Shown one piece after another: positions 14,330 to 26,732 of a DNA stretch of 64,000 nucleotides. The position numbers were made by a program, and so were the translations under genes. The DNA comes from the human T2T-CHM13v2.0 reference genome, Homo sapiens. The notes under the pieces are model-generated. The model was not told the DNA's origin and ran no database searches. It worked only from the letters and a program-made list of their open reading frames with translations. The first letter of the stretch is position 1. Each line of letters begins with the position of its first letter. The stretch lies in the NCBI RefSeq assembly GCF_009914755.1, contig NC_060936.1; one strand, written 5' to 3'.

Positions 14330-14745
14330 TATCTAGTTAGCGGGTCTATATTCATCACTAGGAAATGACCTTGTAGACATTGGTGTGGCCCCTGCCATAG
14401 CAGCCACAGTCCTAGCCAATGAGACACACAGGGAGACCTGGTAGGCTTCTGGGAAAGGTTTTCTTGTTCTTAAAGATAAGATGTAGAGAAGAAATGCTAT
14501 CTCTTTCTTTAGTTAAATACTAAGGTAGAATGTGAGGTCTGGAACTTCAACAGCCATCTTCTAACCATGTAGGGACCTAGCCAAAGACAAAGTTCACACT
14601 TGCGGAGCTGAAAGATAAAATAATTCGGGTCATTGGGGTTGCTTAATGTAGCAAACCTGACAGTGACCTCACTTCTGGATTTCTTGTTATGTGAGACAGT
14701 AAATTTTCCTTACTGAGTCAGTTGAGTTCTCTTATTTTCATCCAT
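14330..14745 (+). mobile_element. Old MLT1 (J/K/L-like) LTR
   Basis: cctagccaatgagac...ggcttctgggaaagg...cagccatctt...tggatttcttgttatgtgaga. Confidence 0.6.
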
Positions 14746-15619
14746 TGGAATTCAAACTGAGTTCCAACTGGATAGAATTCAAACTGTTGACAATTTAAAT
14801 TGTTTGATTTGAAACTAAGTCAATCTCTTGAACTTTTAGTGTTTTTTTTTTTCACAAGTTAGTATGACATAATATTTTACCTGTGGTAAATACATTTTTT
14901 ACAAAGAATAATCATCCAAAATTGCAATACAAATACTAGAAAAAGTATGCTTTTATTTATTTTTTATTTTTTTAAAATCTAAAAACATCTTTTATTTTGG
15001 GGGAAAAGAATGTAAATAAAAAACGACAGCAATGTCATTCATATGTTATATATGTAGATGTATATCAACATGTCTATGTATACACACACGATTATATTTT
15101 TAAAAGTAAGCTTTTTTTTTTTAAAGGGTTTTCTTCAACACATTTTTGAGTTCACTTCAATTTTATTTCTTGATATAGTTTTACATGTGTGCTAAAGTGG
15201 ATTGGAAAATGTGTTTAGTAAAAATTTAAATTAATTACTTAAGCCCAGCTATATTATACACATTAGGATAAATGTTACTATTTCTAAACTACATTATCAA
15301 TAACAATGTTTCACTGGGCTCATTCATTCCCTGTGTCTTAACAGTGAAGATTTTAAAAAGCTGCAGGTAAAATACATTCTTTACTGTCTCTCCTCTGTGA
15401 TTCTGTAACACTGGATGCATACTTCTAGTCTAATGCTTATCACCAAGGCCTCTATGCAGTCCAACTTTGGGGGACATTCACACTATGGCCTTCTGAATGG
15501 CTGTGTATGCTCAACTCCAATGGGCATCATTCAGATAGACTTCAATGTGAATTTATCCCCAGAATTGTGCAACAAGGTTGCCCTGCACATAGAATTAAAA
15601 CTATTAAGTTGTCTGTGTG

Positions 15620-15775
15620 CCCACCAAGAGAAAGTTACTTAACAACTTTGCATTTCTGTGACTAGCAAACTTCCTGGCATATTGGTAGTCATATTCAACT
15701 TTGCATCTCTGTGACTAGCAAACTTCCTGGCATATTGGTAGTGCTGAAGATGTGTGTTTAATGCATGAGTGAATA
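15620..15775 (+). mobile_element. L2 3' end containing a 53-bp-period tandem duplication
   Basis: ctagcaaacttcctggcatattggtagtgct...tgagtgaat L2 tail; copies at 15643-15689 and 15696-15742. Confidence 0.6.
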
Positions 15776-15860
15776 GTATAGGCAAATGCACTTGATTCAT
15801 GTAATAGTTCTTTGGAAAGTAGCTATTTTATAATGTGTATGTAGCACATGATTGAGGTAT

Positions 15861-16349
15861 TGCTTTGATTATCTTGTTTTGTTACCCCAAAACGTAGTGT
15901 TTTAAAACAAGAGCCATTTTACTATATCATATGATTTGCGGGGGCTAGGAATTCAGTCAGGATGTTCTTTGGTTTCACATGGCATCAACTGGGGCCAGCA
16001 GGTAGCTAGTTTGGTTTGGGGGATCCATAAAGGTTTTGCTGACATGCCTGGCTTCTGTGCTGGGTTTGGCCAGCATTGCCTCCTCTATCAACATGGCCTC
16101 TCTGCAAAACTAACCTGGGCTTCCTCGCAGCAGGGTGGTCTCAGGGTAGGTGGACCTCTCACATGGCAGATCATGGCTTTAAGAGTAAGTGCTGCAAAAG
16201 GCCAAGGGCAGAAGCTGCAAGTCTGACTTCCACTGCATTTTATTGGTCAAGCAGGTAGCTAAGGCTGGCTGAAATTTAGGAGTGGAATTAGACCCTACTT
16301 CTCAGTAAGGGGAAAAGCAAGAAATTTTTAGCCATCTTTAATCTACCCA
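15861..16349 (-). mobile_element. MLT1H-like LTR
   Basis: accccaaaacgtagtgttttaaaacaa...ctgggcttcctcgcagcagggtggtctcagggtag...gccatctttaatctacc. Confidence 0.7.
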
Positions 16350-18090
16350 GATATTTGCAAACACCCTCTATTTTTCAAGAAAGAGGTTAAGTAAATAGAT
16401 CAATAAATTGATGTTAGGAAAGTTTATGTTTCATGACTTCTACTAAGATTGGCATCTTTTCAGCCAAGTGTCCCAAATAATCTACATCTGTATCTATAGC
16501 TGCATATTTGTGAAATTTAAAGTACTAATAAGGAAAGGAATCTTAGAAATCATTGAAGGCTATTTCACCATTATAAGTTTTCTTTATAAGTTTTCTGAGA
16601 ACTAACCTAAGAGTTTAAAATACGTTTTGTGCATTCTGCTAAATAATGCTGGAGATACATAGCACATTTCATAAATAGTTTCATTAAAATTCAAGGGAAA
16701 ATGTCAAAGATAATCTCTTGCTGCCTATACACAGGAATTTTAAGGTGTACTTTTGGGAATATTTCATTTTTACATATTTCCTGGCTAAAAATATTGAAGC
16801 AGTGCTTTACCCAGTCAAGTGTGTGCTCTTGTTAGTTCATTTGTTTCTGTTAAAATGGTTCAAATATGACTTTCTGAGGGTAATCTTGGCCCAGCTACGT
16901 ACTCCTTGAACTCACCTTCAAGTGGCTCTTTGGTGGTCTTCTAGTCAGGGGTTTACACTTGTTTGTTTCTCAGACTTTAGGGGAAAATGTTAATCCTACC
17001 CACAGCTCAGCTGCCAAACCCTGAACTTAACTGGACAGAATGCAGCTGTATTCCAGCTACTTGCAAGGAAGTATAATCCCTCTGTTACTCAATACCTTTA
17101 AAAGCTCAGCTGGGAAATAATACTTGTGGAGAACATCCTGGAAAACACTCATCCTATCATCTAGAAACTCTCTCTAACCAAAGTTAGGCAAGACAATCCT
17201 GGAATTTACAGGTCTTAGGATTCATGAGACTGAATTCTGACAGATCTGCCTATCGTAAGTACAAAATTACTTGCAATAAAATAAGAATGTTGATCATGTG
17301 ATGGAAAGTTTGCACTATGAATATCAAATGAATTTCTTCTTGGTTTCAGTATCAAAATTAGGTGATTGGTGTGTTTTTGTATTGTGGACAGCCTGAATCA
17401 TAACTGGCCAATTTTTTTTTTTTTCTGAGGGTATTAACAAGCTTCCAGACAAGAGTCCCAACTCTAGCAAGTATAGCATAAGAGACTTCATGGCATTAGA
17501 GAATCTGTATTGAGGTAATTCCTGATCTCTCCAAACTTCCCTATCCTTAGTTTCCTTTTATCCAATATATCTTAATTTTAAAAACATAGATTATCTTGCC
17601 ATATTTTAAGTGAATCTGTGGCTTGCTTTCAGTGTCTTTGAGAACAAGAATGGAATACAAATTAATAAATATTCAAATAGACAAGTGCTGGGAAAATAAC
17701 AAAATTATTGGCCTATTTTTTTTTACCTGCCCTATGATAGGTAGCTGCTCGTAGATTTTAATTTAAAACCTCTAGTAGAATAGCTTTATTCTTTTGAAAT
17801 AGAAATAGCAATGGCTGTAGATGACTCATAAAAAGATATACCCCTCTGTTATGCAATTATGCAGCCACAGAGGGTTTGCAAGTTTGGGGAACAGGGAGGA
17901 CACCCCACCCCATTCCCAAGGCCCAAACCTTACTATGCAATTGCTGGGCTTGCAAAAGGAGTGTCTGGTTCTGCCCCCTAGGCCTGAGGCAATGGATTCC
18001 TGGCACAGGAACTTTAACTGCCACAGAAACAGTGTTCTAGCTTGTAGTTATGTATGGTGAAAATAGTACTACCATATAGTAGTTTTATAC

Positions 18091-18182
18091 GTGTGTGTGT
18101 GTGTGTGTCTGTATGTATACACATGTATATTGGTAGTTTTATGTATATATTATATATAGCACATATATATTAGACACATATA
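18091..18182. repeat. (GT)n followed by (TA)-rich low complexity
   Basis: Directly visible. Confidence 0.85.
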
Positions 18183-19049
18183 AAATAAGTGTAATTGTTG
18201 AGCTTCTATGAATGTCTAATCATAATTTTTGCACCATCATTTCTATGAATAAATGTATCCCATGTAGTTTTACTAGTAAACTTCCTGAGCAGAATTTATT
18301 CATGAGCTGGGGACTTTCTTTGCCTATATTTGTACTTAGATCGAATATGATTTGTGGGATGAGTAAATTAACACAGGCTACGTCTGCATTTAACACCAGA
18401 GAGGAAAGATAATTAATATTGAAAAGGATCCTATTTGTAGTTACTTAGTAAAGGTATTTTTCTGCTTTATATTTGGCATTTATATTTCTTTACAAAACTC
18501 TAAAATCTAAATCCTTATTTATAGTTATCTTTTTACGGTATGGCAAACATATAACTACATTAGAGGACAATTGCAAAATACATAAACTTTCATCTATTTA
18601 TCAAACCTTCAACTCAACATTACTTAGTAGTAAAGTTAATACTGTCTTAGCTATATTTGGAACTACATTTAAACAAGTAAAAACAAACAGAAATAATTTA
18701 AAAAATATATAATTTGTAAAAGGAGTAAAATCTTACACAAAAATGACTCTTAGCTATGTCTATATTGAACAGAAAATGAAATCAAGTTAATATCTCCCTA
18801 TGTTAACCCTGTTGGCATTATGGTAAATGCCACTCATGAGATGAGGATGGGTGTTCAGAAAGGTTCATGATAGCTCCCAAAAGGTAAGGCCCTGGAGAAA
18901 TGCGGGGTGGAGAGGGGTGGTGGACAGTAGGGCACTGCAGTGTGTTTCTGCATATGTTTGTGGAAGGAGGTAGGTATGTGTTTGTGTCACAGACAGAGAC
19001 ACAGAGAAAGAAATAGAGAAAGAGAGAGAGATTGAGACAGAGAGAATAG

Positions 19050-19590
19050 AGCACTCTTACCCCAGGTAAAGCCTGTGGCAAAAATTTATATATTAACCCT
19101 CTGTTGGCAGGGCGTTATCCCAAGAAATCCAGAGTGAGAGAAAAAAGCAGAGTGAGATAGAGAAGAGGGAGGGAGAAGAATAACAAGGAGTCCATTACCA
19201 GGTTAACCACAGCTTCACAGAGGCACAGATGGCTGCTTTGTCTGGTGGGACAGCTTCTGGAGGCCATCTACTGCATCTCAGGAGAGTCCACGGGAGTGGG
19301 AGAAAGGACAAACCTTTCACCCACTGATTCTTTCCAGTTTCATATCTCTCCTGTGTCTGCTCCATGTTGTGATATTACCCCTGAACCTTTGCTTCATGTT
19401 ACTGGACAGCTCTGGGAAACCCCTGGTGACAGCTGCATGTGAGGAGCTTCTCAGTGGATGGCAGTGGAGATAGCAGGGACTTTATGATGGCAGGGGATGA
19501 CCTGAACCATCTCTAGAATCATTGTTGCCAGGGAGAAGGCAGAACCAGGCTGATCTTGGGTGGTGCAGAAACTGAGGTCATTTTACACAC
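19050..19590 (-). mobile_element. Probable old ERVL LTR (LTR16-like)
   Basis: ttatcccaagaaatcc...agtgagatagagaagagggagggagaagaataacaagg resembles reverse LTR16; weak match. Confidence 0.4.
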
Positions 19591-19634
19591 TGCAGATAAT
19601 CTATACTCTTGCATAACCACCATCAATAGCATCA

Positions 19635-19860
19635 TTTATTTACTGCTTACATATATTTACTGCTTACTATATTCCAGGCTTCATTGTCTTAACATTCTAC
19701 TTAAATTATATTTTCTAATGTTCAAACACATGTAAGAAAAATACTAATGTTATTTCTGTTTTACAGATACATGAGCTGAGACATGGAGGGTGCAAGGTAG
19801 AGTTGGGCAAGCTACCCAATAAATCTTGATCGCAGAACTTCTGGGCCTTACTGTGCCAAA
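19635..19860 (-). mobile_element. MIR fragment
   Basis: atttactgcttactatattccagg...tgttttacagatacatgagctgagacatggaggg. Confidence 0.6.
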
Positions 19861-21355
19861 GTTTCATAGAGCAAATTAAACCCACTGAATGAGGAATGTA
19901 TTTTAATTTTATTAATTTTCAATGGTGGACTCAAATTATTTCAGAATTCATAATAACTTCTTGTATAACAATTAATTTTTAAGAATAATTTCCAGCTGAA
20001 TAGCTTTTAAGGCAGTTTTACAAAGAGTGTCTCCTCTTTTACATTTGCTTCTCTTTTCAAATGTCGTCCTTTTGATTATTTCACTGCAATTTAGCATCTC
20101 CAGAAAAAAAAAGGAAGAGAGGAAAGAAATTTAGTAAGCATTCATTTATTATCATAGCCCCAAAATGGCTGATTGTAAAAGGTGGTTTAAATAAAATTTT
20201 TAGGAAATCTGAAATCTTCATCTGCCTATCATCTTCCATGATCACAAATAATTTAGTGTTGAGAGTCCCTGGGTGAGGCCAGCTTAGAAATACTCAACTG
20301 AAAATTACTACATTCTGACCATTTCTTAGTAGCTTTTGAAAGTATGAAGCACCATGGATAACTTAGCAGCCAGCTAAAAACCAAATGCTATGAGCAATGC
20401 CAATTATTTTATTGGCATTCAATTGACAAATAAAATGGGTGGGCTTGGTGTTATGACTAATAATAGCTCACTCAGTTATGCATTTTGTTCACGAAGAAAA
20501 TTGTACATCTTGACCTTGAGGGAAAATAGTCGTAATTTTGAGGGTAGTCTTAATGTAATTATTACCATCTGGGCCTTCCATAGACTTTCCCCCTGCATTT
20601 CTAGTACTGCTAGCAGCCACATTCTTGATTCTGTTACTGAGGATGCCTTGGAATAATAGTGACCTCACAGGAATGATTAATGACTCTTAATCAAAAAATA
20701 GGGGAGAGGTTTCCAAGCCTCAGTCTAAGCACTAAATATAATTAGCATATTCACTTTTAGAAGCTAGTCACTATAGTCTGTGCTGTCACTTCTTGACTGA
20801 AACTTGTGAATAATTATTTCACATCCCTTAATTTATTGCAGTGACCTCTTTCTGCTGAACATGGTTTTAATTTTGGGAGAAGACTGCCTGTTGCGTGACT
20901 TCTTAGGGGCTGCGCTTTTGATGTTGGATAGTTTGTCCTTAGTAATAGTCTAATTATCCCACTGAAGGAGATGTTTTGTTTTCAAAGGGGATTATTCATG
21001 GCCTAACTCAGATACCCAAAAGCTGCCAAGTAATAAAGAGATAGTTAAAATTCTAAATCAACTTGCCTAACTAACTAAAAGCCAGTAGTGTTGGTGTTAT
21101 TTTGTTGACTGCACTATTGCATTCTTCTTGTAGAACTGCATACTTGAAGGGGTGGGGTCTGCTTTGCGTTTCATCTAAAATGGCTTTTATAGCCCTTAGA
21201 AAGCTGGAAATCTGCTTCATGTTTAACATCTCTTTCCACAACAATTTAGGTTCATCTTTTTGTTACTTCAGTCACTGGAAAACTTCAATGTTCAGCTGTT
21301 GTTGTTTTTTTCAAACCTCAAAGCAATGAAGACCCTCAGTATCTTTTTATATTGA

Positions 21356-22049
<694 letters not shown>

Positions 22050-23274
22050 TAATGTCCCTAGCACCACAACTGAAAGTCCTGCTAGAGTCTTTGATTCTAG
22101 TTTTAACCTTATTTCCTAATAAGTAATAAATTATACTTTATTCGACATCTAGCTTCTGCTTTGGTGAGTTGGAAATGTCCCACCTTGTGGGAAACGTGTC
22201 TAAGCATTTCTCTTCCCGATTTTGTACTTAGCAAGGGAGAAACTTCTTGATGTCAGGCTGTAGTTTCTGTCTCCCTTCGTCCTCCTCCATCTCCCCACCT
22301 AGAGTTAACACAAGATGGGAACAAAAGAAAAACAGTGAATGCCAAAGAAAGACCAGAAGTAAGTACATGAGACAAAAATCCAAGGCAGGAAAAACACTGA
22401 AATAATAATAGCACGAAACAATGGAGAATTAAAGAAGAATGGCAAATATGACTGAGTCCTCTAAACAGTTGGCTATAGCTCCACAATGGAAAGTCCTGCT
22501 AGGGTCTTTGATTCTGTCCCCTAAACCATCCCAGATAGTTATGTAGCATGTGGCCTCAAAGGAGGGAGATTTTCATCCTTGTCCTAAGGAACATGTTTCT
22601 GGGCTTCCCTTATCTCCCTAATCTAATCTTACCTCAAAGCCTGCTGCCACCATTCAGTTATTCTTTTTACCCCTACTCGATATACAAAATAATTATTATT
22701 TGTGATATAAAAGTTCTTTTAAGCCCAAGACAGTGACTAAGTTACATCTCAAATATTTTCTAATCAAGATAATCTTATTTTCAAGTACAATATTCCTAGG
22801 CCTCTGGTCTGGGTCTCTGTAAAGACAACATAGCCGTCACTATGTAGCAAATAATAAAATTAATGTGACTTGCAATATTAATCAACTATTAGACAAAAGT
22901 TCATGAGGCGTTGTGCCATTTTTCATGTTAGCAATAGCTTTTAGCATTTTGTTTCTTTATTCCTAAAATATGGAAAAATTCTTTGTCATAGTTGCATTTC
23001 AAAATGACCCAAATACTCCTGCCAAAATAAACAACCCTAGGTTTATTTTCATTATAAGTTTCCCTCTCTTTACTGCCCATTGGCTTCATTTTTTAACCTT
23101 GTTTTGCCTTTTTTCCCCTCTGAAAACCGAAAATTTAAATTTTCTGGTTTTAAATTTTTTTATGTCTTATTGGAGTTTTAGCTGACTGTAGTCTTTTTCA
23201 TGTCAGTATTATTCAAGTTTCGGAAAAGTCTCTTTACCATCTATTAACAACTAAATAATTATAAATTGTTGGCC

Positions 23275-23372
23275 AAAAAAAAGAGAAAGAAGAAAAGAAA
23301 AAGAAAGAAAGGAAGAAAGAAAGAAAGAGAAGGAAGGAAGGAAAGAAAGAAAGAAAGGAAAGAAAGGAAGAG
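23275..23372. repeat. Pure-purine (GAAA/GGAA)n tract
   Basis: 98 nt with no pyrimidine. Confidence 0.95.
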
Positions 23373-23393
23373 TAGTGGGGGAAAAGAATAAAA

Positions 23394-23466
23394 TTTGCCT
23401 GCACCTTTTTGTTGTTTTTTTTTTTTTCTCTTCTCTTTTTATTTTTTAATTTTGCCTACACCTTTT
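23394..23466 (-). mobile_element. Tail-only (poly-A) TPRT insertion with 16-bp TSD
   Basis: tttgcct(g/a)cacctttt at 23394-23409 and 23451-23466 flank a T-rich tract; second copy ends TTTT/AA. Confidence 0.65.
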
Positions 23467-23849
23467 AAAGCAAAACAATTACATTTTTTCTTTTAGTTTT
23501 ATAAACTAATGAAATTAATCTGTTCCAACTCAATCAGTTGTTTCATACTGGAAAATGTCACACATCGGGGCTTTTAGGAAGGAATCATTGCCGTGCCTTG
23601 GTGAAGGGTGAGTATGGCTTTAACAACTGCTGGTGGAGGAGCCTTGGAGGAAAGAACAGGATAGTAAATGCAATTGCTTGTCTCCTGAGAGTTAACTCAC
23701 AGTCCAGATGTCCTACCACCTATCTACCTGTAGTCTGAAGGCACTTTGTGAGTAATAAAAGCATGTAAATTGTAAATTCTTCTCCTTTTCTCTTTCAATA
23801 TCTTACAATGTATCAATGACAATTGCTATTGTTATTGGTAACAGGTTGA

Positions 23850-24070
23850 TGTCATACCAAAGGCTTTGGAGCCAAAAAAGCTTGTGTTTGAACTCCGGCC
23901 CCACCATTGTATGGTCTTAGACAAATGACTTAACCTCTTTAAGCCTTGATGTCCATACTGTAAAAAACGAGACAATAAAACCTACTTATTGTAAGGATAT
24001 AATGACATTATTAACATATCTATTCTATTGCCTGATGCATAGCATAAGCTCAAAAATACTAGTTTTCCTA
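23850..24070 (+). mobile_element. MIR
   Basis: ggctttggagcca...tttgaactccggcccc...acttaacctctttaagcct...ctgtaaaa. Confidence 0.75.
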
Positions 24071-24339
24071 TTCTAAAATGTTTAAAAAAAATTATAATCC
24101 ATACCTCTTCTACTTCAGAAAGTGTTTTAATACATAAAAGCAGTGATTTAGCAATATCAAATCGAAGTTTGAGAGCCAGAAGAACTTGGAGGACCAATGA
24201 TTTTAAAGGTTTCTTTGTTTTTTATGAACAACAGGAATTTCCTCTTATGTCTTCAGAACCTTGAGTTTACCAGGAAGACAAGGTGACTGAGATACTTCTT
24301 TAAGCCCAGAAACTGAAGAAGGCAGCTGTCAGGGATGGC

Positions 24340-24520
24340 TTGGAATGTTCTACAAGGTTTATATCAACTGAGGGTTGAAAAATCCTACTTATCCACTCTC
24401 CTTACTTTAGAGATGAGGAATTTGAATCTTAGAGAGTTTATGACTTATCCAATTGGTGGTATTACCGAAAACCAAAAGCCAGTTTGCTTCCTAGTTGAAT
24501 GTTCTTTCCATCATGCCATG
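24340..24520 (-). mobile_element. MIR fragment
   Basis: ctttagagatgaggaatttgaatcttagagagtttatgacttatcc. Confidence 0.6.
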
Positions 24521-24909
24521 TGGAGTTATTTTGAGTCAACCAGAAAATCTGCAAGGACATCAAAATAATGTTCTTTCTCCCTCTGACCTCAGTAATAACC
24601 GGTTAAAGATTTAGAATGCTTTAGAGTAAATCCTCAAAGCAGCTGCAGGTCCTCAATGTTCCAGAATAGATATTTTAAGTTCTCCAAATAAAAAATCCCA
24701 ATAAAGACCTTCTTTTTGCAGTAACTAAAAAAGTTTCCAGCTCTCCTGTCACAAAGTGGCTATTGAGACTTCAAATGTCAGATGATCTCCTTTGAAGCAG
24801 CAAAATAGAGTGGATAGAACTCCAGGATGGATGTCAAAAAACTCTGTGATCCTAGTTCTAACTCAAATTTACCTTTCATATGGTATGAGGTAAGCTTTAG
24901 ATATCTCTG

Positions 24910-25145
24910 GATTTGAAGTTATTTTTGACTCCTATTTTTCTCACACACTGGTGTGTGTCCATATCTAGCCCAACAGCAAAACTTGGTGGTGCTATATTCA
25001 AACTGTATCCAGAATCTGACCACTACTCACCACTGCCACTGCTACCACCTTCATCCAAACCATCATTGTCTCTCCTCCGGATAATGGAAGAAGCCTCCTA
25101 ATGAGTCCATCTGCCTGCTTCTCCCTTTCCTTCTCTGCACATCAG
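24910..25145 (+). mobile_element. L2 fragment
   Basis: tatccagaatctgaccactactcaccactgccactgctaccacc...agcctcctaatgagtc. Confidence 0.75.
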
Positions 25146-25921
25146 TAATTCCAGAGTTTGTCAGTGACACTTTCATAATTGACTTGTTCTTCACTTGGTA
25201 ATCTTAATTTGTTCCTAAAAATCCTCCCACAAAGTAAAATGCCATTATGTGAAAAAGCGTTTTTATGAATTTGAATTTAAAAATTTAGGAAGCATTTTAT
25301 CCCAACCCAACATACCCAAAGCATTTTTATAGATAGGAAAATATTTTAACTGAACAATAGAAATATTTTTCAATTGTCATGACATTATATAAGTAATGAA
25401 CATCAAATTGAAAATAAAATAGAGTTTGTTCATAAAATGTAATAACATGAAGGTTTATGTGATGGTGAGTGCTGGTTGGTGGGGGAGTGTTAAAGGCAGT
25501 TGTTCTTTGTAAGGTATATTTTGCTCTCTGAACAATTTTGTTTATGAATGTTTTCAACCATTTGGAGGATCATGGTTAACTTGCACTTACAGCACACTTA
25601 ACATTTAAAGTTATAGCAGAGAAGACAATTTCAGTCAAAATAATAGCTGAAGATGAGAGCACTTGGAAAGATGTGAAAATTTATTTAGTACACAGAGACA
25701 GAAAAATTACAAAAGATGTTACCTCATCATCCCTCTCTCTAGTCATACTTAGACAAAATGAAATACTTTCTGTTTATCCAAACACGGCACTCAGTTCAAA
25801 TTTGTTCTGATATTCAATGATTAAGAACTGATGACTAAGAACTGTTAGAATAAAAATAGCATATTTTCCCAAAAGCTGCAGTGTCAAAATATCATGCTTA
25901 TTTACTTTATATGTTTTAGAG

Positions 25922-25935
25922 TATCTATCTATCTA

Positions 25936-26004
<69 letters not shown>
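25922..26004. repeat. Compound microsatellite (TATC)4(TG)19(TA)14
   Basis: Directly visible. Confidence 0.95.
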
Positions 26005-26008
<4 letters not shown>

Positions 26009-26209
26009 TTTAGAAGAAGTTGTTTGGAAAAGGGTAACTTCTCAAGAGACTTTATGGCAAAAGGTTGTTAACTAAATAGGTTCTGTGGGTGTAAGTCTGT
26101 GTTTACCAGTCTTTTTATCAAGGTTTCTAATTCTTTGTTAGGTGGTGTAGGACACTGCTGGCTTGTGTATAACCCAGGAATCAGAACATAGGGCAGAATG
26201 TCCACCTAA

Positions 26210-26575
26210 CACAGTTCATGTTATTTCTTGAGTTCCAGTTATACACCACGTATCCTGATAAAACAAGTCATACAAGAAAAGGGCTATTATCACCCTCAAG
26301 GAGTCCTCAGCCTAGTTGGGGAGGCAGTAGGGCGGATGTATAAACTCTATAATATTATGAGTACTGCAATACAGAGTGTTCTGGGGCAGACAGGAGGGAG
26401 TCCCTAATTATCCCCAGGGTAGGGTGGAATTGTCAAGGGGCAACATAGAAGAAGAAACATCTAAAGTGAACCTTGAAAGTTCAGATATCTGGAAATGGAG
26501 GGAAGGTGGAGCAGGGTTGTGGGCATTCTAGGCAGAAGGATTGTGTTTACAAAGGAATAGAGTTGTGAAAAGGAA
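26210..26575 (-). mobile_element. L2 fragment
   Basis: ccctcaaggagtcctcagcctagttgggga...gggcattctaggcagaagga. Confidence 0.65.
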
Positions 26576-26732
26576 CCTTTCTTCAAGAAATAGGACCTCT
26601 CCATTAAGAAACTTTCATCAACTCTGATTGTTCTTTGTTTCATATTGGGGCAACACCTACTGAGAGGTTGAATAAGGAGAAACATTGATCACCATCTCTA
26701 TGTATAAGGATGTTGTGAAAATATCATCACTA

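Noticed and set aside
16974-17255. Possible exon and three CAGCTG E-boxes
   Set aside because: Donor ATC|GTAAGT has a poor exonic side and the motif count is compatible with chance
14748-19667. Very short duplications (gaattcaaactg at 14748, ttataagttttct at 16571, tatttactgcttac at 19637)
   Set aside because: 12-17 bp slippage products are ubiquitous
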